Origin: Salinispira sp.
GTDB taxonomy: Bacteria; Spirochaetota; Spirochaetia; DSM-27196; Salinispiraceae
DNA length: 64,000 nt
Assembly: GCA_965226555.1 (NCBI GenBank)
Contig: CBDDDG010000021.1
Coordinates: forward strand, 1 to 64,000
Direction of reading: 5' to 3'
The stretch's first letter is position 1, and each line of letters starts with the position of its first letter. Position numbers and translations under genes: made by a program. Of this stretch, positions 1-8,786 are shown one piece after another. The notes below the pieces were generated by a model. It made no database searches, was not told where the DNA came from, and saw only the letters and a list, made by a program, of their open reading frames with translations.

Positions 1-27
1 TCAACGCCGATCAGCCGTGCTCTATCG

Positions 28-60
28 AAAAAAGGCAGGCGCGGGTTCCCCGCGCCTGCC
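28..60 (-). terminator. Rho-independent terminator of lipoprotein gene 1
   Basis: Perfect 12-bp stem GGCAGGCGCGGG/CCCGCGCCTGCC (34-45/49-60), 3-nt loop, followed by T6 on the minus strand. Confidence 0.9.
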
Positions 61-145
61 TGAGTTGAATTGCAAGGTTTCAATAGCCGCTGAGGGCTAC
101 GGGCTATGAAACTAATACCATGACGGCGGCGTTGTTACGCCGGAA
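48..145. repeat. Left copy of 98-bp inverted repeat (partner 10470-10567)
   Basis: Reverse complement matches 10470-10567 at 97/98 positions; spans last codons, stop, 3' UTR and one terminator arm. Confidence 0.95.
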
Positions 146-2194
146 TTCTTAAACGTATCTGTTTTATCTCCGGTATACTTGCCAGCGGCATTGAGCGTCC
201 AATGATCCTTCCAGTCCTCAAGATTTTGATTGAATGCGCTTGCTTCTTCGAACATAGATCCCATCTTCGTTACCGAGCTGACATCCCAGCCGGAGATATC
301 GATATTGAATGTACTTGCTGTAGTGAACATTAAGCCCATATTCGTTACCGCGCCAGTATTCCAGCCGGAAATATCGCCATTGAATGCGCTTGCTTTATAG
401 AACATTTGGCTCATATTCCTTACCGAACTGACATCCCATCTGGAGATATCGCCATTGAATACGCTTGCGTTACTGAACACTTGGAACATAGTTGTTACCT
501 TGCTGACATCCCAAGCAGAGATATCGCCATTGAATGCGTTTGCATAATAGAACATCCGGTACATAGTTGTTACCGCTGTAGTATCCCAGTCGGAGATATC
601 GCCATTGAACGTTGCTCCCCTGAACATCTGGGACATAGTCGTTACCTTACTGACATCCCAAGCAGAGATATCGCCATTGAATGCGCTACTAACAAACACA
701 TCGGTCATATCCGTTACTGCCGTGGTAATAATGTAGTTGAGGTCAGCAGTATTGCCCCAGGCTGTTATTCCCGCAGCTACTGCTGTGTCCAGTGCAGCGT
801 TATCAGCAGGACTCACGGTAACATAGAAATACTCGGCAAACAGTATGTTTCCGGATTTGCTGCCGTATACCAGATATGTTCCGGCCGTTGTACCTGTAGC
901 AACCGTAACATCTCCGGTACCCGAATCAACTGTCGGAACGGTAACCCCATCGGGCGCAGTTGCGGCGGAGACCGTAATGACTCCTGATCCACTAACCGCG
1001 AGAGTGCCCGGTTCCACCACGGTCAAAGCAACGGTTGGACTCTGAGCGGTAATAATGGTCATAGCGGCAGCCGAAAGGTTTACCGTCGCTCCCGTCCCCG
1101 AAGGAGTAGCCTGCGCCGCAGAAATTTTCGTTGTTCCCGTTGCAGGTGTAGACCAGTCGCCAGTGCCCTGTGCGTTGACAGCGCGCACCCGTACATCGTA
1201 GGAGGTACCGTTTGTCAACCCGATAATGGGGTGGCTCGCGGCAGTACCATCAGTAATAGTGGCAATGTTATCGGTATTGGTCGTTGACCATGTGCTAGCG
1301 GCGCTTGTTCTGTGCTGCACATGGTACGCGGTAATGGGGCTGCCGCCAGTATCGGTCGGCGCTGTCCATGTTGCGGTGATCTGGGCGTTTCCGCCTGTGA
1401 GCGTGGGAGCATTCATCGCGCTGGGCTTGGTAGCCGGAATTGTTATTTTCTTAATTTCCGTTGGGTTGCCATTGCCCTGACCATTGACAGCGTAGACCTG
1501 CGCCTCGTACTCGGCACCTTTTGTCAGGTTGGGGATAGTGAGGGTCAGGGTGTTGGCATCGGCGGTGGTAATGACAGGTTCCCACGCGCGTGTTCCGACT
1601 ACGCGATATTGCAGTTCATAGCGAATAATGGCGCTGTCGCCAGTATCGGTCGGCGCAGTCCATGACGCGGTAATTGTTTGCATACTCACTGCAAGCATGA
1701 ACCCATTCGGCTCCGTGGGAACGTCGGCAATAGGTGTTGCTTCCACGCTCGATTCCGACCAGTTTCCCGCACCCTGCGCGTTGACAGCGCGCACCTGCGC
1801 GACGTAGGGGGTGTCGTTTGTCAGCCCCTCAATGTCAGTGCTTATGGCTGGCGCGTCGGCTGTAGTAATGTCCTCCGACCAGTTGCTCCCGCCGTCATCG
1901 CTATGGCGAAGTTCATACGCGGTAATTTCGCTGCTGCCCTTATCTTCCGGCGGAGTCCAGTTAACCCTTAGTTGACCATTTCCCACTTCAAGGCTTGGAG
2001 CAGCCATGGTGCCCGGCAGCATTGGATCGGGTTCCGTCATTGGTTCCGGTTCCGTCATTGGATCGGGTTCAGGGCTTGGTTCCGGCATTGGACATCCGGC
2101 AAGTAATGCAACGAGAACCACGCTCATTATAATCAATACAGAGGACGTCCCCCCCCCATAACTTTCGTAGTGGATTAAAAAGATTAAACATCAT
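112..2194 (-). CDS. FN3 x3 + DUF285/BspA-like LRR surface lipoprotein; signal peptide frameshifted at a G9 tract
   Basis: ORF 112-2136 has lipobox LAGC, a PEP-rich linker, three FN3 domains (W..P..G.S.I..Y; VRAVNAQG.G.WS) and FNGDISxWDVSxVTxMxxMF repeats. AGGAG RBS and ATG at 2194 are out of frame by 1 nt across G9 (2149-2157). Confidence 0.85.
2149..2157 (-). repeat. Poly-G (G9) slipped-strand tract in signal-peptide coding region
   Basis: C9 on the plus strand; G8 restores MMFNLFNPLRKLWGGTSSVLIIMSVVLVALLAGC. Confidence 0.85.
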
Positions 2195-2325
2195 TTTAAT
2201 ACTCCTTTTTCTAACAAATATTTGTCGGACAATGTCCGCTTATGTTTCAGTGCGAATACGCGTTGAAACCTTTCTTAAAGACTACTATATAATATCAGAA
2301 ATATCAACTGCTACATGAAAATTGA

Positions 2326-3785
2326 CAGAACTTCCCCAACAATTTTTTTGACGGGATTTTGACAGAATAATGGAGGGAGATTTTGCCCTTGAGCAGTGAG
2401 TATGTGGCGGGAATACCGGGCGCATAGACCACCCCCGCCGCAGAACCGCCGGTCTGCGTTGATTGTGTGTTGGTGATATGTAAGAAATCAACTCGGTAGA
2501 CTGCCCTCGAAAACGACCGATTGTTCACTACTTAGCTCAACACGGACATCCCTCCTGTGCGAATCTGCCATTTTATTCCCTTCCATATCCACCGCCCTGT
2601 TATTTTCCATGTTCGCTTAACAGGAAGCGTTTTTGTTACGACGCTCGCCAGCACATGGTTGATACTGGTGAGAAAATTGACCCCCATGGCAATGCAGCAC
2701 AACAAACACACAGCGGCGATCTTGTTATGCGTCCGCACTCTCTTGGTGCCAGTAAGATACGACATGCGCTTAAACTCATCATTCTCTATGCTCCACCGTA
2801 GATGCGCAGCTTCCCGCGCAGCAGGCAATGACAGATGTACATCACTCGTAATTACCCAGAACGTCTCCTTCCCTTCAGTGACCCGCAGCACCAGCACCGG
2901 CACACCATGCCATTCGTCAGGCACTGCCTCAATCTGGTAACTCGTTGATCGTTGATAATCATACCCGCTCGCGGTTTGGACTGCATCACTATAGAACCCC
3001 TGATGTTCCATATAGCGGGCTGCGCGATCAAGGAGCAACCGCTCATGTTTCCGCGGAGTGCCATCCCGCTTTACCGAACGAAATTTCACCAGAATATGAC
3101 GCTTTAATTTTGCGCAGATCAGATGAAGAAAGGGCTCACACAGGTAAAGCCCATCGAAACTTAACAATTGCGGCAGGGTATCTCCTTCCCTCAAAAGCAT
3201 TTCTTCAGACCCGCGCAGTTCGTGCCCTCTGCCCTTCATCGGTCTCACAACCTGCGCATACGTTCCTGTCTTTGTCGGTCGCGCCAGCACGGTGAACCAG
3301 ACGCTCCCGAAGACACAGGTGCCATCGACAATACCAATACTCCGATGAACTCCCGTGTCCAAATAACACGATTCTTCAGTGTCACTCACTGACAACTTCA
3401 TACTGGTTCCCACCATCGTCGTCACTTCATCCGGTATGATCTGAGAAATCACCCGTTGTATGGTGCTGTCGGAACCGACCATATACCGTTTGCTGCCGAG
3501 TAACTTCCGAACATGTTTATTCCGAGCCAGATAATCGAGATCAAACAGACTCTTGCATGAAAATAATGGCATCGATATAATGAGAGCCATTATTTGTGAT
3601 AGCTGAACAACCGGTCGTTTCCGAGGGTCGGTTAAATTGGTTGTTTTCAGCATCTGTCCGAGCCTTTGAATAAAGGTTCGGGCAACACTTTTTTTCTGAG
3701 AACACATAGTCCCTCCCATAGTAGATCATAAATGTGTATGAGAATTCCTGCAATGGTCTGAAAAAAACTTGTTGGGGAAGTTCTG
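2326..3785 (-). mobile_element. Intact insertion sequence (1460 bp), IS4-like DDE type
   Basis: Terminal inverted repeats CAGAACTTCCCCAACAA (2326-2342 and 3769-3785); 9-bp target duplication GAAAATTGA (2317-2325, 3786-3794). Confidence 0.92.
2532..3707 (-). CDS. DDE transposase (IS4-like/ISNCY)
   Basis: Acidic motifs IVDGT and SFDGLY plus HLRWSIENDEFK (YREK-like); lies between the TIRs. ATG at 3707 follows GGGAGG (ORF track starts at 3719). Confidence 0.85.
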   Translation of the reverse strand: MCSQKKSVARTFIQRLGQMLKTTNLTDPRKRPVVQLSQIMALIISMPLFSCKSLFDLDYLARNKHVRKLLGSKRYMVGSDSTIQRVISQIIPDEVTTMVGTSMKLSVSDTEESCYLDTGVHRSIGIVDGTCVFGSVWFTVLARPTKTGTYAQVVRPMKGRGHELRGSEEMLLREGDTLPQLLSFDGLYLCEPFLHLICAKLKRHILVKFRSVKRDGTPRKHERLLLDRAARYMEHQGFYSDAVQTASGYDYQRSTSYQIEAVPDEWHGVPVLVLRVTEGKETFWVITSDVHLSLPAAREAAHLRWSIENDEFKRMSYLTGTKRVRTHNKIAAVCLLCCIAMGVNFLTSINHVLASVVTKTLPVKRTWKITGRWIWKGIKWQIRTGGMSVLS

Positions 3786-3938
3786 GAAAATTGAGCGAAA
3801 TATTCTTGCCGGCGGTACCGCGCTTGATGATTACCTTGGTTTAGACGCAGGACTGTCCTGGGACGTATTTGATGACGGCTTCCTGACTCTCGGCGCTGTT
3901 CACAGACCACATGCTCATGAAATGAACAAAGAATTTCG

Positions 3939-4010
<72 letters not shown>

Positions 4011-4110
4011 ATATCCGCAGAGAAAATTTTGCGTTTTTCAATGCTTTCATATATCTATACCGCATTTTTTTGCTATTGTCAAACAGAATGAATACTTTGT
4101 ATAATTGATT

Positions 4111-4587
4111 ATGTCTTCACGAGGTGAAATTTACTCTGCCCGATTCGATACAGAGAACCGAACATATTTTTTCAATATAAAAGAAAACCGTAAGGGCGAT
4201 ATGTTTCTGAATATTGTAGAAAGTAACAAGAAATCTGCCGGGTTTGAACGGTTCCAGATTATGGTATATGAAGAAGATCTCGGGCACTTTGTGGAGAAGC
4301 TTAACAGGGCAGCATCAATTATCCTGAAAAAGAGCGAAGTTTCACAGCCGGCCTCATACCGAAGTCGAAGTCCGAGAGACTCCCGAGCGCCCAGAGACTC
4401 CCGCAGCCCCCATGCCCCCAGAGACTCCCGCTCGCCCCGCGACTCCCATAAAAAGAAGTATGAGAAAGCACCTCGTTTCCGGGAAGGAAAGAATACATAT
4501 TCTGAAACTCCACGGCCGAAATTCAGGCCGAAGTTTCGGGACACGCCCGACAATCTCAATATGCCCGACACGTCCGACAAGACATAA
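4111..4587 (+). CDS. PUR-domain (DUF3276) ssDNA/RNA-binding protein with a low-complexity PRDSR tail
   Basis: EIYS...RTYFFNIKENRKGDMFLNIVES resembles bacterial PUR proteins. Confidence 0.8.
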   Translation: MSSRGEIYSARFDTENRTYFFNIKENRKGDMFLNIVESNKKSAGFERFQIMVYEEDLGHFVEKLNRAASIILKKSEVSQPASYRSRSPRDSRAPRDSRSPHAPRDSRSPRDSHKKKYEKAPRFREGKNTYSETPRPKFRPKFRDTPDNLNMPDTSDKT

Positions 4588-4628
4588 CCGCCTTGTTCCG
4601 CCTTGGCCGACAGGCCATAGCCGCTTCA

Positions 4629-5273
4629 TTAGCCGGCTTTAAAGGTCATGCGCTGAATGGCAGAGGGTCCATACCTGTGTATGGCTGCTCTATGCGCGAC
4701 TGTCGGGTAACCCTTGTGTTTATCAAAGCCGTACTGGGGCTCAATTTTATGATATTCTGTCATCCATCTATCTCTCGCGACCTTTGCAATTATTGATGCC
4801 GCGCTTATCGCAGGAATGAGCTCATCACCCTTAACGATGGCCTGAACGGAAGAATTGTGAATAATGTCTCTGAATGCCGATTTTTCCATATCTGGAACAA
4901 ATTTTCCATCTATCCGTATCATGAAGTTTTCCCTATTCACAGTTTCCCCATTCCGCGGAGTTCTGCAAAAGCTCTGCATGGCTGAGTCCAGAGCAGCGCG
5001 CATTGCGGATAGCGATGCCCAGTGAATGTTAATCCGATCAATCTCGTCATGCCAAATCCATGCCGTTCCTGTTGCCAGAGCATGCGTATAAATACTTTCG
5101 GCCAGTGTTTCGCGCTGCTCGGCGCGCAATTTCTTTGAATCCCGCAGTCCGGGGATCATGTTTTCAGAAGAGAGTATAACAGCCGATGCGACTACAGGCC
5201 CCGCCAGAGGTCCGCGGCCGACTTCATCAATTCCGCAGACAATGCTTTCTGCAGTCTTCTCCATACTATTCAT
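4629..5273 (-). CDS. rnhB: Ribonuclease HII
   Basis: GIDEVGRGPLAGPVV, DSKKL, KGD..ISAASIIAKV.RD, HKGYPT. Confidence 0.96.
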   Translation of the reverse strand: MNSMEKTAESIVCGIDEVGRGPLAGPVVASAVILSSENMIPGLRDSKKLRAEQRETLAESIYTHALATGTAWIWHDEIDRINIHWASLSAMRAALDSAMQSFCRTPRNGETVNRENFMIRIDGKFVPDMEKSAFRDIIHNSSVQAIVKGDELIPAISAASIIAKVARDRWMTEYHKIEPQYGFDKHKGYPTVAHRAAIHRYGPSAIQRMTFKAG

Positions 5274-5375
5274 ACTCCATTTTGATGATACCGACTGATC
5301 AATTGAAACTTTTGCATTTTGTAGGACTTTCTTATAGTATATCCCTCATCATTTCCATTTTGAAGTAGGTGTTCT

Positions 5376-8168
5376 GTGTTTCTGAAGCGTATTGAGCTCT
5401 TTGGGTTCAAATCTTTTGCGGATAAAACGGTAATTGAGCTGAAGGGTAATATTATTGCAATTCTTGGTCCTAACGGTTGCGGCAAAAGTAACATTGCCGA
5501 TGCGGTTAAATGGGTTATGGGGGAACAGTCCGGGAAAACTCTACGGGTGGAAAAAATGGAAGACCTTATCTTCGGAGGTTCTGAAAGCAGACGGGCGCTG
5601 AATGTAGCCGAAATTTCTCTGACCTTTGAAAATGACCTTCCCGACTTTGCCTTTTCTGAAATATCCGTAAAGCGGCGTATATTCCGTAACGGTGAAAGTG
5701 AATATTTTGTAAACAATGTTCCTGTTAAGCTGCGGAATATGAAGGAGCAACTCTTCGATATTGGTATCGGAAAAAGCGCCTATTCCATAATTGAACAGGG
5801 AAAGGTTGATCAGATTCTTTCTTCCCGGGCAGAAGATCGCCGGTATATTTTTGAAGAAGCGGCAGGTATTTCCCGACACAGAAATAAGTGGAAGGAAGCA
5901 TCGAAAAAACTGGAACAGGTTTATACGAACATCAAGCACATTGAAAGCGTATTGTCGGAAGTAAAGCGGAGCTACAACAACCTTAAAAAACAGGCAGAAA
6001 AAGCGGAAGAGTATCGAACTCTAAAAAACACGGTTTTTGAACTGGAGCGCAACAGATATCTTCTGCGTCTCAGAAAGTATCAGGAACAAAGAGACAGGAA
6101 GGAACGGGACATTCGGCATACCGGGGCAGCGCGGGAAGATGTGCAACAAGAGATTGATCATATCAACAAGTATTTGGAGACAAATCTGGATCAGGTGCGT
6201 CGCATGGAAGGCACCCTCAACGATGCTCACAGACAGTTGTATGGTATGTCAATTGAAAAGAAAAATCTTCAATCGCAGAAATCGGCGCTGGCAGAGAGAA
6301 TGCAGGACATTGAAGAACGAATCCGGCAAGATAAAGACGGCGAAGAGAACCTACAGCAGCTGAATGATGTCCTGAAAAAGGAAAACGATGAAACAGCAGC
6401 GCACATACAGGAATGCGGCGGGCGGCTTACCGGCCTCGATGATAATATCCGCGATTTTGAAGATCAGGTTAAAAGCGCCCAGAACCGCATAGATGAAAAT
6501 TCACGTGAAGAAACGCGCATTGTTAAAGAAACCCGATCTCTTGAAAAGCAGCTTGTTGAACTTCAGGAAGATCTCCAAAAATTGACAGATGATATTGTGC
6601 GGGAGCTCGATGAGCAATTAAAGACGGCAAACCCCGCTTCCCGTGAAGAGGCATCGGAGCATCTCAATACATTATTGGCGCAGCAGGCGCAGCTCATTAA
6701 ACGATATCGGCAGCGTCTTGCCGATATCCCCAATGCCTCAGAAAAGGAACTGAGCGCATTTTTTGAGGCATTCCTCAGGGAATTTGAGAGCATTTGCCGC
6801 GACATGAGCGCGGGGGTCGAAGAATACCGGAAAAATGTTCCCTCCTTCATCGAAGAGTTCCTTGCCCCGGGCGGCATTATCATGCAAAAGCGGGATATAG
6901 ACCACAGGCTGTTTGAAATCCGCAAACATGTCGACAATAATCGTCAGCGTATTGATACCTTGCAGAAAGAAAACACAGAATGGAATAATAAAATTGATGA
7001 ATGCCATACAACACTCAGAGAATTATTGATCAGCATTGAGCGGATACGGGCAGAAAAAAAATCGCTTGAGAAGGAACGCACAAAATCCCGCAACCGCATT
7101 GAGGAATTGAAGGGGCAAATTCAGAACCACCGCGAAAAAATTGCCGAAGATGAGGGACGCCTGCTGGGGCTCAGCAAACGGGGTGAGGAGCTGAACCGTG
7201 AAAGAGAACATATTCGAAAACAGGAAGAACAAATTCAGAAGGACATCGAAAAATTTCAGAAAGATATTGCAGGGGAACAAAAACAACATTCACTGAAAGA
7301 TACACAACGTAAGAAACTCCTGAAACGCCTGTCTGAGGCGCAGGAACGTCATGAAACTGAGAAAATCTCACTTGTTGAGCTCAATACCGAAATTCGAAAT
7401 CTTCAAAATCGTTTCAGGGAGCAGTATTCCCACGATCTTCACGAATTTACCGATCTGCGCATTAAAACTCCGCTCGATCAGATCAAAAAGCAGCTGCAGA
7501 CACTACAGGAAAAACTCAGATCCTTTTCCGCGGTGAATCTCATGGCTGTTGAGGAATTTAATGAGGTGAGGGAGCGGCACGACTTTCTGCAGAAACAACT
7601 CACGGATCTCACAGAAGCGCAGGGAGACTTACAGCAGGTTATCGGTCAAATTCAGGATGAATCGTTGCGGCTTTTTATGGAAAGTTACCGGCAGATACAG
7701 ATTAATTTCAATGAATTGTTCAGGAAGCTCTTCGGAGGCGGAAGAGCTGAGGTACGTATGCTTGAGCCTGAAAATCAGCTTGAATCGGGCATAGATATTT
7801 ATGCGCAGCCTCCCGGGAAAAAACTGGAGAACATTACCCTCCTCTCGGGAGGCGAGCGCTCGCTTGCTGCCATAGCCCTTGTATTTGCGGCCTACATGCT
7901 GCGGCCGGCTCCGTTTTGCTTTCTAGATGAAATTGATGCTGCCCTCGATGAGAGTAACATTGGGCATTTTGCCGGCGTGCTGAAAGATTTTTCCCGACAT
8001 TCACAGTTCATCATTGTTTCGCACAATAAAAAAACAATGATAGCGGCCGATACCCTTCTCGGGGTAACCATGCAGGAATCGGGAGTATCGAAGGTAGTTG
8101 CAGTGCGTATGCGGGGAGCGGATGCTCTGGAGAAAAATCAGGAGAAAAATCCCGATGCCCGAACATAA
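5376..8168 (+). CDS. smc: Chromosome segregation protein SMC (short spirochete type)
   Basis: FKSF, Walker A GPNGCGKSN, QG Q-loop, long coiled coil, LSGGE signature, FLDEIDAALD. Confidence 0.93.
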   Translation: MFLKRIELFGFKSFADKTVIELKGNIIAILGPNGCGKSNIADAVKWVMGEQSGKTLRVEKMEDLIFGGSESRRALNVAEISLTFENDLPDFAFSEISVKRRIFRNGESEYFVNNVPVKLRNMKEQLFDIGIGKSAYSIIEQGKVDQILSSRAEDRRYIFEEAAGISRHRNKWKEASKKLEQVYTNIKHIESVLSEVKRSYNNLKKQAEKAEEYRTLKNTVFELERNRYLLRLRKYQEQRDRKERDIRHTGAAREDVQQEIDHINKYLETNLDQVRRMEGTLNDAHRQLYGMSIEKKNLQSQKSALAERMQDIEERIRQDKDGEENLQQLNDVLKKENDETAAHIQECGGRLTGLDDNIRDFEDQVKSAQNRIDENSREETRIVKETRSLEKQLVELQEDLQKLTDDIVRELDEQLKTANPASREEASEHLNTLLAQQAQLIKRYRQRLADIPNASEKELSAFFEAFLREFESICRDMSAGVEEYRKNVPSFIEEFLAPGGIIMQKRDIDHRLFEIRKHVDNNRQRIDTLQKENTEWNNKIDECHTTLRELLISIERIRAEKKSLEKERTKSRNRIEELKGQIQNHREKIAEDEGRLLGLSKRGEELNREREHIRKQEEQIQKDIEKFQKDIAGEQKQHSLKDTQRKKLLKRLSEAQERHETEKISLVELNTEIRNLQNRFREQYSHDLHEFTDLRIKTPLDQIKKQLQTLQEKLRSFSAVNLMAVEEFNEVRERHDFLQKQLTDLTEAQGDLQQVIGQIQDESLRLFMESYRQIQINFNELFRKLFGGGRAEVRMLEPENQLESGIDIYAQPPGKKLENITLLSGGERSLAAIALVFAAYMLRPAPFCFLDEIDAALDESNIGHFAGVLKDFSRHSQFIIVSHNKKTMIAADTLLGVTMQESGVSKVVAVRMRGADALEKNQEKNPDART

Positions 8169-8577
8169 TCTTCGCGGGGCTGTGAAAAATCCCGCTGCGC
8201 CGAAGCTCAGAATAATCATAATCGCAGTAACAATTCTGACCCTCGCGGTAATAAGCAGTATCACAGCCTTCATATTGGCGCGGCCTCCTGAGATACGCGA
8301 GGAATTCGATGGTGTTGATGGTGCCGATAGTGATGGCGCCGGTAGTTTCCGCATTCCTGCCGGTAATGAATTTTCCGTGCATCCGGAGAATCTCATGCTT
8401 CCCGATATACCGTCTGAGTTATGGAGGGGGGTGTACATGCCTGTCCGGCGCCGCAAGACACAATGGGGTATGGATGAGCTGAAACAATTCTATTACGATC
8501 CGCGGGAAATTGCCGCAGAAAATCTCAGGGCGATCAATCAGAAAAAAATTGATGCCCTGCTCAATATGTATCGCTGA
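8155..8577 (+). CDS. Hypothetical single-pass membrane protein
   Basis: Overlaps the smc end; one hydrophobic segment IIIIAVTILTLAVISSITAFILA. Confidence 0.7.
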   Translation: MPEHNLRGAVKNPAAPKLRIIIIAVTILTLAVISSITAFILARPPEIREEFDGVDGADSDGAGSFRIPAGNEFSVHPENLMLPDIPSELWRGVYMPVRRRKTQWGMDELKQFYYDPREIAAENLRAINQKKIDALLNMYR

Positions 8578-8592
8578 ATTAATTATTGAGAG

Positions 8593-8650
8593 CTCATTGG
8601 AAAATTGTGCTTGCACAATTTCCAGTAACAAAATTTCATCAATGCAAAAA
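8593..8650. repeat. REP-like palindrome, long form
   Basis: CTCATTGGAAAATTGTGC-TT-GCACAATTTCCAGTAACAAAAT; related copies at 32576, 52127 and 55987. Confidence 0.75.
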
Positions 8651-8740
8651 TTGTTGTTGCATATGTTTTCTAAACCTGATATTATACCGCAACCGCAAAA
8701 ATAATGGCGGGAGCCGTCAGAATTTTTCTGAGGCAAAAAA

Positions 8741-8772
8741 TTCATAGTACCTTAGATTCATAGTACCTTAGA
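8741..8772. repeat. 16-bp tandem duplication TTCATAGTACCTTAGA x2 abutting the RBS
   Basis: Exact repeat at 8741-8756 and 8757-8772, running into AGGAGG. Confidence 0.9.
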
Positions 8773-8786
8773 AGGAGGTAATATAT

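Noticed and set aside
3795..3935. Minus-strand peptide SVNSAESQEAVIKYV resembling the C-terminus of IS200-type Y1 transposases
   Set aside because: Too short and lacks an HUH motif; cannot be supported without an HMM search.
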